NCBI RefSeq assembly: GCF_032191835.1
Contig: NC_083223.1
Coordinates: 253,270,001-253,334,000 of the forward strand
Source: Heteronotia binoei
Taxonomy: Eukaryota
Direction of reading: 5' to 3'
Length of the DNA: 64,000 nucleotides
The position numbers and the translations under genes are program-made. Of this stretch, positions 23,101 through 37,570 are shown piece after piece (the stretch's first letter is position 1; the number at the start of each line of letters is the position of its first letter). Below the pieces are notes generated by a model that did not search any database, had not been told where the DNA came from, and saw only the letters and a program-made list of their open reading frames with translations.

Positions 23101-26100
23101 AGCAAGGACAGGGAATTGGGGGGGGGGGGGGTGAGTAGGGGAATGGAGGGAGGGAGGGAAGAGAGGAAGGTCTGGGGATGGAGGGGGTGGAGACCTGGGA
23201 GGAGTGATAGGGGGTAAGGAGAGGGGTAGTGCGGGGGGTAGAGCGAGGAAGAGGTAAGAGAGGACAGAGGGGGGTATGAAGCAGGGCGCCCTGCAGGCAA
23301 GCGAGAGATGGGGTAAGGAGGATGTGGGGAGAGGGGTAGGAACTCCCAAGTACCTGGGGGTAAAAGGGGGGTAATAAGGCAGGCGTTATGGACAGAGGCG
23401 GCGGCAAGGCAAACGACCTCCATGCTTAAGAGACACTGGGGTGGGGGGAGATGGGGGTGGGGTAGGGCTGATAGGGGGGAGACTACCTGGGGGTAAGGTC
23501 CGAGGAGGAGGTGGGGAGGCGAGTTCTGGGGCAGGAAAAGAGGAGGGAAACAACCCAAAAGAGGGATGATGAAGAAGCAGAGGGGAGGGCTGGAGGAGCG
23601 CATCGTTGTGGTTAATGCGGGGTAAGGTTTGGAGTAGGACGCGCCGTAGGGGGCTGGAGGGGAAGCCCCGGCAGTGAAAACAGATCGGTGGGTCGTGGCA
23701 GGAGAGGGGAAATGAGGAGGGAGGGCTGGAGTTGAATGGACAGCGGGGTTGGGCTGTAGTGGAGAGTCGCCAGGAGGAGTGGGGAGGGGGAACCTTGCGT
23801 GTTCAAACAACCTTGGGGTGTTGGGATGTGTAGCGGGGATGCGGGGAGAGGGCTGGACCCCAAAGAGGTGGGAATGGTTGGGATGAGATTGTGGGGCAGT
23901 GGAGAAGGAACTCAGAAGTGAAAGGCACGCATTTGTATTTATTGGGGGAGAGCAAAACAGGCGCTTGTATTCATTGGGGGAGAGCAAAACTGAAAGAGGT
24001 AGGGGCACGGAGTTGAAGGACAGAGTCCTGGAGGATGAGGGTAAGAGAAATGCAGGAAAGGCTGTGCAGGAACAAGACATCTGGAGGGGGGATAGCGAGG
24101 AAGAGAAAGGATGTGGGGAGATAAGAGCTATGGGAAGGGGGCGTGCCAGCGTGGGGGGCTTTTGTTGTAAGAAAAGGGAGGTTTGCTGTTTAGCGGGATC
24201 ACGAAATGAGAGGAGGAACTTGAAGAGTAGTGATGAGTGAAATTAACTAAGAGTACTACACAGGAAAGTTGAGGATGTTCCATTAGAAGAGATGAGGGAG
24301 AAGGATTTTTGTGTTGTAAGAAAGGAACCCAGAGAGAGGTAGAGGGAAAGGGGGAGTGCAGGTGAGAGACAAGAAGCCTGGTGCGGTATTTGGGGGCAAG
24401 GAATTTGAAGTTGCATATACAGGTTTGGTGGTGGGGGGGGGGGTGAGAGAAATATGGAGGGAGGGAGGAAAGCCTCGGACTCAGGATGGGATATTAATTT
24501 GTGAGGCAGAGGGGGTGTTTTGAAAGAGCTTGAGGATGAAGCTAACTTGAAAAATTGAAAGGGGGGGGAATAAGGTTGTCAAGGGGTTAATTAGACTGTA
24601 CTGAAAAGATGTAGCAGATGGAAGATGATGTAGTTTATTGAGAGGCAGAGGTATGCCAAGGACATCTTGTGAATGCTTGCTTCACCTCCGGAATGTGGGA
24701 AAGAATTATGGAGTGACTCTGAGCATATGCAAAGTGTCTTTCCCCAGAACCTCATCTTACCTACCTCAAAACATCTATATGAAAGGAAGCATGACTTCCT
24801 TGCAGGATGGAGCCCCAAGTAACTTCTTAGAGCTGCCTTGTGGGAGGAAGAGGAGGGGGTAGATGACAGCCCTGAGTCATGATATGGTGTGTCATGTAAT
24901 CACGTGGCTGGAGGATTTGTGATGGGGCTGATCTCCTTCTGTATATATTTTTTTCTTTTTCTCTTTCCCATCTTTAGGATTCAGAATGTAACCATCATTG
25001 TCCAACATCAGACCCTGGAATATGCATTTGTCCCTGGTAACTAACAAATTCCAAAAAGAATTTGGGTCCTTGCTGGTGTGTTTAATATATTTCCCCCCAC
25101 AGGTTTCCAGCTAGTCTCTGGCAGGGTGGGGCTCTTGAGCTTTATGCACACCGGTTGGCTGTTAAAGAAATCATCATGTAGATTGAGGACCTTTCATATT
25201 GCATTGGGGTGGTTTCCCCCATCCTTTTTTTAGTAAACTTGTCTTGGATTTTTTTTTTGATGGGGGATGATCATCTAATTCATCCATGTGTCAAAAATAC
25301 CTGGCTATCCAGAGTTTAGAAAATTGTGGAGTCCCATTAAAAATTACTTTGGCAGAACATACGATTTTTAAAATGAACTATTTTCAGAACAGCTGATCAA
25401 TAGTGGCCTCTTTTTTGCTTGCTGTCCCCTCAGCTGCCATTGGCTGAGGAGCTCTGATGTCAGAGAATAGCTGTATTCTAACTGCTCAGGAGGAAGCCGG
25501 CCATCTTAGAACATTGACAGGCTGTGCAGCTTTCTTGGTTGGGAAAATCTCATGCAGGGCTCCTGACCAGACATTTTGGCATGGTGTTTGGCAAGGGAGC
25601 TTTGCCCATCACAAGCTTTAATTCTGTATTGGCCAGGAGGCAATCTGTGCCCTCATTCACACTTACGAGCTTGTCGCTTTATGCTACTTATGCTGTAAAA
25701 GCTGGCCCCCTGGTATCCCAGCAGCAGATAAGATAATAAAAGCAGTTTTTTGGATTGTGCACCTGAATGGTTCCTGCGGAAGGGGGGAGAATTCCTGCAT
25801 CTAGAAAACTAATGCAGAGGGGAGAAGGATTCTGGCCTAACTAGGGTTGGTGTTGATGTGATTGTCAGTTGACTGGTCAAATATTGCCCATTGATTATTA
25901 TTTAACCACAGTCAAATTTTGCAAACAATCCTTTTTAAAAAGGCAAATATTTTCTGAACCAAGAATGCCACAATGTAGGTGGCAGCTTATCTTTTTATTT
26001 CATTATGGCGGCAGCAGGAGTGCCCTACAATGTTTGGAGGTGAGTCGTCTAACAAAGTTTCTCCTCCTGGCAAAGAAGTGCAGGCATCGCCAAGCAGGAA

Positions 26101-29100
26101 GAATTATCCTGCTACCTTTCAAGATCACTTTTTAAAAATAATTCCTGTTGCTTTGGTTTGTTCCCTTCATATTTTTGTTTTGTTTTATAACTGTAGACTG
26201 ACTTTTCCTTGAGAAAAGAAGAATGGTTAGATGAATAGCTCACGTGTATGGAATCCTTACCTAACATTGTTAAGTTATGAATCATTACAATTTTCTTGTT
26301 TGGCAACAAGTTAACTAATTCGTTCATTGTAATGCAAGAATCAAACCTGTTGATGATTAAAGTATCTTTTGTTGTTCTAATGAAATTAATGCTTTAAAAA
26401 TACTTGGCCAGTTAATCAAAGCTGTCTTTTTAAATCGGTCAAACTGTAAATTTTAAATGTGACCATTTCTCCAGTATGATGGTTTCTGTAACGTGTATGG
26501 AATTTTTCTCTTGATATCCTGTTGGGACAATGGTTTGGCCAGAACTGTTCTCCATGTGCACTAGCTTTCTAACTGCAGGGAATCAGAGGGGTTTTTTTTT
26601 GGTGGTTTGACTTTTTTTTTTCTTGGGAAGTATTTAATCTTATAATTCCTCTCATCTGAAGAACAGTTTTGTTTATGGACCTTATGTAGTACGTTTCAAG
26701 TTTTGTTCACAAAACAGTGTAGACAAATTGATTCATTTCAATTAAGACAAAAGCCTGGGCTATTGCTAAGTGTCAACATCCAAAAACTCATACAACAGGA
26801 AAAGAAAAAGCAGACTTCCAGAAGCACGATGGAAGGTGGCTTGTATTTGCTTATTTTCAAAATACTGAAGCAGAGGGAAAAGCTAACATCCTTTGGAAGA
26901 ACATATCAGTGTTCTGGAGCTGCAGCAGAAGAGAATACATGACAGTTCCCTTCCCCCAAGTCTAGTTTATACCTTATCCTGAACCATATCTGCTTCAGCT
27001 GGCCATGACTGTTTAGCGTCTCAGGAAGAGAAAGAGGTTTCCAGTACCTGAGATCCTTGAGCTAAAAATGCCTAAGTGTAGGTGCTTTTTTAAAAATACC
27101 ATCTCTCTGAAAGCTTTGCTGTTTGTGGAAACCAGCTTAGCCTGTGCAAAATTTGAATCAAGGCCTTTGTTGGCAGGTCTCCCACCTTGAGGAGGGAGGA
27201 CAAATCCCTGGTAGGATGGTTATCGCTGAGGCTCAGTTATAATAGGCTGAAGCTGCTGCCTTAATTTGGGCTCAGAAACTGACTGGCAGCCGGTGTAGTT
27301 ATAGTACGATAAGCATGTTGAAATATATCTCTGCTGCCTTCTGCCTGGTATTCAGAACCAGTTGGCATTTCTGAGTTGCCTTTGTCTTACCCTCTCCACT
27401 TGCTGTTTTGTATGGATTGAGTCCAGCTCACAACATCAGTGTGCTGCAGAAAAGAAGGTTGTTTTCCCCACCACCACGTGCATGCCTGTGGACATTTCTG
27501 CAAGGGCTTGGAACTGGCAATTTTAGCCATAGTTGTGCTGTTGAGATACTGCAGTAAATTGTAGTTTGGAATGAATGAATTAATTCTTAAAGCTGGATGC
27601 AAACATCTCAGGAACCCCTCCCTCCAATTAAATCTGTGCCACAATGTGGAATTTGAAGGGCAAAATGTGATTTGTTGAACGGCTGACACCAGCTTCCACA
27701 AACAAGTGAGCCAAGCTGTATCTCCAGCATATATAATGTTCTGTGTAGGAGTTGGTCTGGGGAGTTCCAAAATCAGCTGCTCTATGCATATAAAATAAAA
27801 CAATATTGCAGAGATGCAGTGAGCTTCTTTCTATGAGGGCGGGTAATTGCTGCGTATCTGATAAAATTGTAGGGTGTCTCTCTCTTCCTCCTGCAGAAAC
27901 AGGCCAAAAATGTGTATCCCCAGAACTGTGACTCATGCAGGGATACAATAGGAAGGCTTCTCTCAATGAATGGGTTCTTTGGTTGCCCCAGGAGTCTAAT
28001 TTTTCCTGGCAGTTTTGGGATGTAGTTAACAGTGAGACCTAGAATGGTTCTCAGAGATCTGGGGGTTCAAATGCTGTAGTGTCCCTACTCTGTTGATCTG
28101 TCACGTTTCTGCTAAACACAAGCTTGTCTCTGGGTTAACTTTGAGGTTATACTGAAAGTGTACCTAAATTATTTAAAAAGGTGGTAGGTGGAGAGAGATA
28201 TCTTGCTGTGGAAAACTCCTCCCAAGTCTCTGTGCAGCGTTCTTTGCTCCTGCGGCAAATCGCCAGGTCTTTTGGAATGGAGAAGCTTTGCCAGAACGTG
28301 CACAGGCCTTGGCGTTCTCATCCCTCTGTTTGAAAGCTGAAGCTCTTCTCTTTCTCTCTCTCCCCCCCTCCCTTCACCCACCCCAGCAATTTTTCTGCCG
28401 ATTCCCCCTTTGCAAATAAATTCTAAACCAGGAAATTCTCCTTTGAGGAGTGTAATTTCTCAGCACGCCTGGTATGTGTGCATGCGTGCTGCTTTCTCAA
28501 AGACGGATTTAGCCCACCCAGGAGGCCCCAAACATTTGCCCAGCTGGCTGCCTCCGTGGCTTTTTTAACCTCTTTCCTATTTCTTTGAAGTCTGAACGCT
28601 GTCTTCCAGCAAATCAGATTCCCTCTTGTCGCTGCACTCCCAACCCCTATCGACTCCTTTCTCTCCCCTGCCTACTGTTCTTACTTTGTGGGCTTAGGCA
28701 GACTGCATTTCCTTGCCTTGAGGAGGTCTGGCTAGTGGGCTGAGATGGCTAGGAAAGGGGGTTCATCTGGCAGGAGAAATGGGGATTTTATTTGTATTCA
28801 TGGATTCATTTTTGATGACCTTCGGTCAACAGTGGCATACCACAGTCTGGCTCTAGGAATGGCATGTCTTCTGTAGTTTAAAATAAATGTGCCCCAAGGA
28901 GACTGCAGACAGACAAGATAACAGAACTGGCAACCAAAATAAATAGCAGAGATTAAGCAAATCATATACATGCGTGTAATTATATATGCACATACTACTT
29001 GAGTGCCCCCCCCCTGCATTACACTCTGCTCAGGATTTCCAAGAGTATAAAACGTTTTGTCAAGGAGAAGAGGAGTGGAAGAGAAGAATTCAGTTATATT

Positions 29101-30744
29101 GACACAGAAGGAAATGAACTGCTGCTTTTGCTGTTCCACTTTTGTGAGTTCCTCTGTTTTGCATTCACTCTTGTCCTCATAGCCATGAGGCCAGTCTATC
29201 ACATTTCTGTCCCACCCTTTCTCCAGGGAGCCCAAGAGGAGCTCGTAGTGCTTTCCTCCATTTAATCTTTGCATCAACCCTAATGATTAGGCTGCCTGGC
29301 CCAGAGTCGTCCCCATGAGTTTTATGGTTCAGCTCACTGTTCTTATTTCAAAACTGTTGGAAGCCAGTGTCCAATTTCTCTGCAAAACTAGAAGGGGAAT
29401 ATTTTATCCTATCTCCAAAACAGTCAGGTTTTTGCTGACTGGGCTCCTAAGGTATTTTCTCCTGCTATGCTGCTATGAAACAGACAATGCTTAGAAGCTC
29501 GACTTATATACACACTCTGCTGGAAATGTGAATCATAAGCGTTTTGAGGGAGATTCTTGCCATGGTGTGTGAGAAGAATGGCATTTCTGACACTGCGCTG
29601 TGGAAACTGTAATTGGAGAGATTGTGGGCACCAAGGCAACCCACAGCCTGGCTATTGGGATGTGGTGTTAGTTGCCAGAGCTGGTGGGCTGTTGCTTTGG
29701 CAAGAACTCCCAGTTGTCTGCCAAGAGAGTTTCAAGGCCTCTGCTTAGAAAGAGATAAAGATTCAAGCTGCAGTCCCCTGGTTTGTTTTTTTTTGCTCAA
29801 CTGACTCATTTTTAATCTTAAGCTTGTTTAGAAAGCCTTTTACCAGTTTTAAGAAATTCTTGAAGTACTGAACAAGATTTTTAAAAAGCAGACAAAATTG
29901 TACAAATAGTGACAGCTAGCCATTAAACACCCACCTACTTACCCACACACCCAAATATCTCTTATGTAAAAGGCTGATTATTTTTCTTATTAAAAAAACA
30001 AAACCCTGACTGATTAGCACTTGAAGCATGGTGGGTATCCCTGTCAGAGGCTGGCCTGTTAACTGAGGTGCCCCCACGAGGAAAATCCAGAAAATGGATT
30101 TTTTAACTCTACAATGATCTTCACATTTGCCCTCATAGTAGCCTTGAGAGCTGATATAATGGGCTTGAACATATATGAAGCTGCCCTATACTGAATCGGT
30201 TCATTGGTCCATCAGAGTCAGTATTGTCTACTTAGTCTGGCGGTGGGTCTCAGGTGGGGGTCTTTCCCATCCCCTCCTAGTTGGTCCTTTTAATTGGAGA
30301 TGCAGGGGATGGAACCTGGGACCTTCGGAATACCAAGCAGGTGCTCTACCACTGAGCCACACCCCCGTGAATACTTTCTGTCAGTAGAGCAGAATTCCCA
30401 CATTCACCTATCTTATGGCAACTTAAAATGTCCTTTGAAAGGCCGGTCTTGAGAAGACTTGGAGGTTGTATTGGGATTGGTGAAAATTCTCCCTCCAGCC
30501 AGTGGAGAACATCTGAATTCAAATCTTCCCTTACCTATTAAATTTATGTGTGACCTTGGCCCCGTGGTGTGCTCCCAAATTACTTCACAGGGATGTGGGA
30601 GGGATGTTCTTTGGAGGAAGTGTGAGATAAAACTAGATAGGAGGGGTCCTGTACAAATGGATGGATCCCAGACTTGTAAGATAAGAGGACGTGGATCAAG
30701 TGACCAGAATTAACTATAAGGAGCACCCAGTGAGTCATGGGTTT

Positions 30745-31055
30745 TCATATGGAGGATGGTGTGGAATTGTTTTCTGCGGCCCCAGAAGGTAGGGCCAGAA
30801 CCAATGGGGTGAAATTAGATCAGAAGAGCTTCTAGCTCAACATTAGGAAGAACTTCCTGACAGCAGTTCCTCAGTGGAACAGGCTTCCTCGGGAGGTGGT
30901 GGGCTCTCCTTCCTTGGAGGTTTTTAAACAGAGGCTAGATGGCCATCTGACAGCAATGCTGATTCTGTGACTTTAGGGGGAGGTATTTGTGTATTTCCTT
31001 CATTGTGCAGGGGGTTGGACTAGATAACTCTGGAGGTCCTTTCCAGCTCCATTCT
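30745..31055 (+). mobile_element. CR1-A 3' fragment
   Basis: Matches 9600-9920. Confidence 0.8.
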
Positions 31056-32261
31056 AAAGAACGTGAATCTCTCTGTTAGCTTGAACCATGAGGGAAGGCA
31101 GTGAATAAATGTTTTAATCATTGGCAAGACCAGTCAAGCTTTCTAACCGGTGGCCAAAATGACACTGCCTTATTCACTGGTTGCTATTCACCAAAAATGA
31201 ACGTGTTGCTTGAGGTTTGGTCAGAAAGAGAAGTGTGAGGCTAAGGGAGGCATTTGAGAAAATATAATGGAGGGAGTACAGAAAGGAGTTAAGAAGGCAG
31301 AGCAGAAGCGCCGCCTCTTTCTTCCTTTGTGATTAGTTTACACAGATTGTCGGTCTAATTGCAGTTTTTATTTTAAGAGTTTATGAGGACTGGAAACCAA
31401 GTTCAGACAAATGGCTCAGTTTGATAATCTTCCAAGCTGTGGTTCAGAGTTCCCTCAGGTTCAGTTTTCCTCAGGCTCAGTTTCCCCTCAGTTTCCTCAA
31501 GGCTCAGGTGTCAGTTTTCCCTCCATTTCTGGGTTTCTCTCAACCATAGCTTATGTGATACCTGAATCAGACAAGCTATAGTTAACACAAGTCTCCTAAC
31601 TGTTGTTTGCAAACCTAGTTCCAACAATGGCTTTAAATCATGGCTTAGAGGGCCATACAAACCATATTTTGGCAAATTTGGATGCTACAGAAAGCTCAGC
31701 ACTTGGGGTGGAAAGGAGAAGCTTGCAGGGCTGTGACACGTTCCTAGTCCTCCAAACTGCAAGTGGGCCAGTGTTGGGTATGATAAATAATGTGGTTTCA
31801 GGAACGCATCTGTTGTGCGGATTTTTAGTTTAATCGAAGCCAGGCTCTTGGTGGTACAAATGCCATCTGGAGAGAAGCGAGAGCAATAACGTGGCACCCG
31901 CTTCAAAATGTTCAGCTGTTGCTTGGGCATGCCAGACTTTGCATTACTCTAGCTCAGAATTGGGTTGGGGAGTGGATCCAAAAGCAGAAGGGTTGGGCAG
32001 CTGTACTCCAGTTCTGTTGGGGCCCTGGCAGGATAGGGGCTTGCTGCCCATTGGCAGCTTCATTCTTCTCCCTTCAAATGGAAATGGGTAACGAAAAGAG
32101 TACTGAACCAACTAGTTTGCTTCAGACTGGTGCAAACAGAACCATGGTTTTAAGAAATGGAGACTTGCATGCATGTTTTCTCCCTAGGGTTGTCAGCTTC
32201 AAATACCTGGGGGTTTGGAGGTGGAGCCTGGGGAGGGTGGAGTTTAGGGAGGGGAGGGACC

Positions 32262-32434
32262 TGTTATGTACCTTAAATAAAGCCTCCACGTCAAACTTCC
32301 AAGTCTGTTTTATTATATCTTCAAGTCAGTCTTATTGTAAACACACCCCACATAAGTCATATCCTACGGCTGCCAGGTTCACTCCCTATCTTTACTTATA
32401 TATATATAACCCGCTTAAGGGGACATATACCACA
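32262..32434 (-). repeat. Gypsy 3' LTR (173 bp)
   Basis: Direct repeat of 37421-37570 plus 37972-38000; AATAAA and TATA-like (TA)n on the minus strand. Confidence 0.92.
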
Positions 32435-33276
32435 TCTCCCCCTTTGTCAATTCAGAACATAGTCTTTCATCCAAACAGGTGGTCGTCTTGTTCTTCGTGT
32501 CCTTTCCGTTGCTACAGCTGGTGGTGCCTCTTGAGATGGTAATGGTTGTGGTACTAGTGTCTTTTGAGGTGTATCCAAGAGTTCCGGCTGATCCCTTGTA
32601 TTAGTCCCCTCACAAACAGGCTCAGACTCATTTTGAGTCCCTGGTAACAAAGGAGAATCGTCTAATTCAAAACTCCTTTCACTAGAATGCGCAGATACCA
32701 AATGAGACGTATTCCATACTCGCCCATCTTCTAATTTATAGGTATATGGTCCTCTCCTCTCAATAACCTCGAGGGGTGGGGTGAACTGACATTTCCCCTT
32801 TCGTAAAATTCGTGGTCTTCTTACTGTGACAAAAGAACCACACTCAAATTTAACATCCTTAGCACCTCTATGTCTATCTGTATAAGCCCTATATTTTTCT
32901 TGTTCCTGCTTAACTCTTTTCCTCAATTCTGAATCTAATACCACATCCGTCCTTGCCTTTAAAATCCCAGTAACATTTAACTTAGTACGCATCTCCCTCC
33001 CATGCAACAATTCTGCTGGGGATCTTTGTGTTGTGGCATGCCTTGTTGCCCTATATACTTGTAAAAAATCGGTAGTAAAGGTAACCCATGCCTTTCCTTC
33101 TAATTTAGCTGTTTGCAAGCTATCTTTCAAACTTGTGTTAAATCGTTCAATCTCTCCATTAGCTTGTGGATAATACACGGATGACCTCCTGTGTATAATA
33201 TTTCGCTCCGCAAGGAATGTTTAAAATTCCACAGAAGTAAATTGAGTGCCATTATCAGAAATCAGCTCCCTGGGAT

Positions 33277-34392
33277 AAGAACATAAGAGAAGCCATGTTG
33301 GATCAGGCCAACGGCCCATCAAGTCCAACACTCTGTGTCACACAGTGGCAAAAAATTTTATATACACACATACACTGTGGCTAATAGCCACTGATGGACC
33401 TGTGCTCCATATTTTTATCTAAACCCTTCTTGAAGGTGGCTATACTTGTGGCCGCCACCACCTCCTGTGGCAGTGAATTCCACATGTTAATCACCCTTTG
33501 GGTGAAGAAGTACTTCCTTTTATCCGTTTTAACCTGTCTGCTCAGCAATTTCATCGAATGCCCACGAGTTCTTGTATTGTGAGAAAGGGAGAAAAGTACT
33601 TCTTTCTCTACTTTCTCCATCCCATGCATTATCTTGTAAACCTCTATCATGTCACCCCGCAGTCGACGTTTCTCCAAGCTAAAGAGTCCCAAGCGTTTCA
33701 ACCTTTCTTCATAGGGAAAGTGCTCCAGCCCTTTAATCATTCTAGTTGCCCTTCTCTGGACTTTCTCCAATGCTATAATATCCTTTTTGAGGTGCGGCGA
33801 CCAGAACTGCACACAGTACTCCAAATGAGACCGCACCATCGATTTATACAGGGGCATTATGATACTGGCTGATTTGTTTTCAATTCCCTTCCTAATAATT
33901 CCCGGCATGGCGTTGGCCTTTTTTATTGCAAACGCACACTGTCTTGACATTTTCAGTGAGTTATCTACCATGACCCCAAGATCTCTCTCTTGGTCAGTCT
34001 CTGCCAGTTCACAACCCATCAACTTGTATTTGTAGCTGGGATTCTTGGCCCCAATGTGCATTACTTTGCACTTGGCCACATTGAATCACATCTGCCACGT
34101 TGATGCCCACTCACCCAGCCTCAACAGATCCCTTTGGAGTTCCTCACAATCCTCTCTGGTTCTCACCACCCTGAACAATTTAGTGTCATCCGCAAACTTG
34201 GCCACTTCACTGCTCACTCCCAACTCTAAATCATTTATGAACAAGTTAAAGAGCATGGGACCCAGTACCGAGCCCTGCGGCACCCCACTGCTTACCGTCC
34301 TCCATTGCGAAGACTGCCCATTTATACTCACTCTCTGCTTCCTATTACTCAGCCAGTTTTTGATCCACAAGAGGACCTGTCCTTTTACTCCA
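33277..34392 (-). mobile_element. 5'-truncated CR1 LINE (family B) inserted in the Gypsy integrase
   Basis: RT GVPQGSVLG/FADD motifs; (TTCTTATG)n 3' tail; splits integrase NREGDP|RELISDNG with GGA(T) duplicated. Confidence 0.92.
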
Positions 34393-37300
34393 GGATCCCC
34401 TTCCCTATTGAAAACTGCTGCCAAAAACTTAATCGCTGACGTAGCTTGTGACGTAAATGCTATCTCTGGCCGCTTACTAAAATAATCTAGTAGTATAATA
34501 GCATAGCGACATTCAATAGGGGCAGTATCAAACGGTCCCACAATATCAATAGCAACTTTTTCTCGAGCAGAATGTGGGAATGCAACTGGCTGTAATGGTG
34601 TGGGATGTGTAACCGCTGTCTTATCATGTGACTGGCAGGTGACACAAGCCTTAATGGCTGCCTCCACTTGTGAATCCATCAGTGGCCACCAATACAAATC
34701 ACACAATCATTGTTTTGTACATACAATTCCCTGGTGTGTATCATGAGCAAGAGCTACAAATGTAGATCTCAATTCCTCTGGGACAAGCAACCGATGCGTA
34801 CCTCGTAAAATACAGCCATTTTGTAATGAGAGTTCATCACTTACTCTGAAATAAGGCAACAGTTCTAACTCCATTCCTTTTTCCTTACTAGGCCATTTCT
34901 TCATGAAAAATCCCCTTAGTTTCTGCTGAATTGGGCAGGCCAAGCATGCAGCTTGAAATTTCTCCTGTGTGACTGCAACTGGAATGCCTGAGAGCAGTGC
35001 AACTACTATTACATCCTCTTCTGGCAATACACTTGAGGATGGCAAGGGAAGCCGCGACAAACAATCAGCTGTTACATTTTCTGCTCCTGGCTTATATTCC
35101 ATCTCATAACTAAAACAAAGCAGTCGTGCTGACCACCTAGCGATTCGATTTCCTGCCCTTCCCAATCCTTTTGATGTCAACAGTGTCCTCAGGGGGCTAT
35201 GATCAGTGCGTAACTTAAACTGATGACCCTACAGATAAGTTCTCAATTTTTCTGTGGCCCAAACACATGCAAGAGCCTCCTTTTCGACTACAGAATACTT
35301 TCTTTCACCCTCAGTCAATGTTCTTGATGCAAATGCAACTGTGTTTTCTACCTTGCCTTCATGGAGCTGAGTCAACACAGCTCCCACACCTTAGTCAGAA
35401 GCATCAGTTGTTACAATTATAGGCAGAGATGGATCAAACAACGCCAAAGCCGGACTATGAATAATCAAATCTTTTACAGTCTCAAAACTAGCCTGAGCCG
35501 TAGATGACCATACCAGGGTTATACTTCCACGCAACAGCTTTCTCAATGACTCAGTAACTGAAGCATAATTAGGGATAAACTGCAAACCATGAAGTCAACC
35601 CCAAAAGAGAACGCAACTTTTGTAGATCAGTTGGAGGTGGCGCCTGCATAGTTGCTTCAATATGATCTAAATCAGGTTTCATCCCCTCTGCTGACACGCT
35701 ATGTCCCAAAAAAGGAAGTTCCACCTGCCTAAGTTTACATTTCTCCATATTAAGTTCCAGCCCAGCTGAACTAATACACCTTAATACCGACTGTAAATTT
35801 CTCTCATGTTCTCCCGGGGTCTTTCCAAATAAAATACTATTTAAATAGCACTGCACTCCATTCTGCCCCTTAAATATTAAAGACATCATCTTTTGGAAAG
35901 CTGCAGGGGCTGAAGCCAATCCATATGGGACACGCTTAAATCTAAAAAATCCATCGTGTAATAAATGCTGTAAGATCTCTACTTTCTCTATGCAACATGA
36001 CTTGGTGGTATGCAGTCTGCAAATCCAAGATGGAAAACATCCTGCCAATTCTGAGAACACTTCTATATGTGGCAATGGATGACTATCAATCGTCGCAGCT
36101 TTATTAGGTTCTCTCAGATCTACACAAAGACGTATACTTCCATCTTTCTTTCTTACCACCACTATGGGTGAGACCCATTCTGATGAGTCCACCTCCTCAA
36201 AAATATCCTTCATCATCAATTTCTTAAGTTCTTCTGACACAGCATCTCTCAACAGCAAATGGCAATCGTCGTAACTTCTGTTGCACAGGGATCACATTAG
36301 GCCTCACTTTTACCTTATGGGCAAATCCCTTTGCACGCCCAATCTCCTGTACCAAGGTATCCCTACTTATAGAAGTATTCCCACTCTGTATAGACTCAGC
36401 CTCCAGTTGTGGGGCCACAACACAGCCATCCACTACCATCAGCTTTAATGCAGCAAACAAGTCCCTGCCAAGAATAGGGGTACCATCAGGCACAACATAT
36501 AACTCTACAGGTGCACAACTTGCACCACAACTCACTTCAGAAGATAGACAACCACGTAAAGGTATTTGTTTCTTTAAATAACAAACTAGTTGTAATTTTG
36601 GTTCCACTAATGGTACATTCCCAAAATATTTCAAATACAGTGACTCAGATAGTATAGAGACTGCTGACCCAGTGTCTAACATAAACTCAATTGCATGACT
36701 CTCCCCCAAGGGACTAACAGTTTTTTTATATACATAATTCTTTTTGCCTCAGAGACAATTCTACTCCCATTCACATTCAAAACATTTTCATCAGGTACTT
36801 GGATAACATGCACCTGATGATTATTCTGGCGGCTATAACAATCCTTAACAAAATGTCCAAATTTTTTGCAATGACTACGTTGTACTCCTTTTGCAGGGCA
36901 TTTAGGGTCATTTGCCAGGTGTTGTATAGAGCCACAACGGAAACATGTCTTTATTGGCATTCTGTGTCTCTGGTTTCCTGGCTTTCCAACCTGTTCCTTC
37001 AGCTCTTTTACAGAGTGTCTTGGCACTTTCTGCCACAGTTCCACTTCTTTTATTCCATCTCTAGTGCCCAAACTTATCATCTTTGTTTCATTCAAAGCTG
37101 CCTCAGACAAAATTTATAACGATTAGTAACCACATTAACCTTAGGCACAAAAAACTCCCTTCAGTGCAGTAAGAGCCGTCTCATATTTATTATCAACAAG
37201 AGGGAGTGTATAAAAAAATATGCTGTCCTTCTACTCCTAAGGAGTGAATAAGCAATGCAAGCTTCCGCTCTTCAGACACTGCAGTGTCACTTATTGCAAG

Positions 37301-37570
37301 CAGGTAATTGTCAAACATGCGGATCCATGAGGTGAAAATAATTGGAGGCTCACCTGGACTTTGCAAAAAAGGTACCAGTGGATTCAGAGGCAAAAACATC
37401 ATCCCTCTTTGTCGCCAATTTGTTATGTACCTTAAATAAAGCCTCCACGTCAATCTTCAAGTCTGTTTTATTATATCTTCAAGTCAGTCTTATTGTAAAC
37501 ACACACCACATAAATCACATCCTACAGCTGCCAGGTTCACTCCCTACTTCCTATCTTTACTTATATATAT

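Noticed and set aside
22954-24240. Long Pro/Ser/Leu-rich ORFs on the minus strand (up to 327 aa) and Glu/Gly-rich ORFs on the plus strand
   Set aside because: These are artefacts of the G/A-skewed low-complexity intron, with no domain resemblance.
32447-37453. Domesticated gag or integrase gene
   Set aside because: Multiple frameshifts and stops, a degenerate RT catalytic motif, a gag deletion and a CR1 insertion in the integrase.
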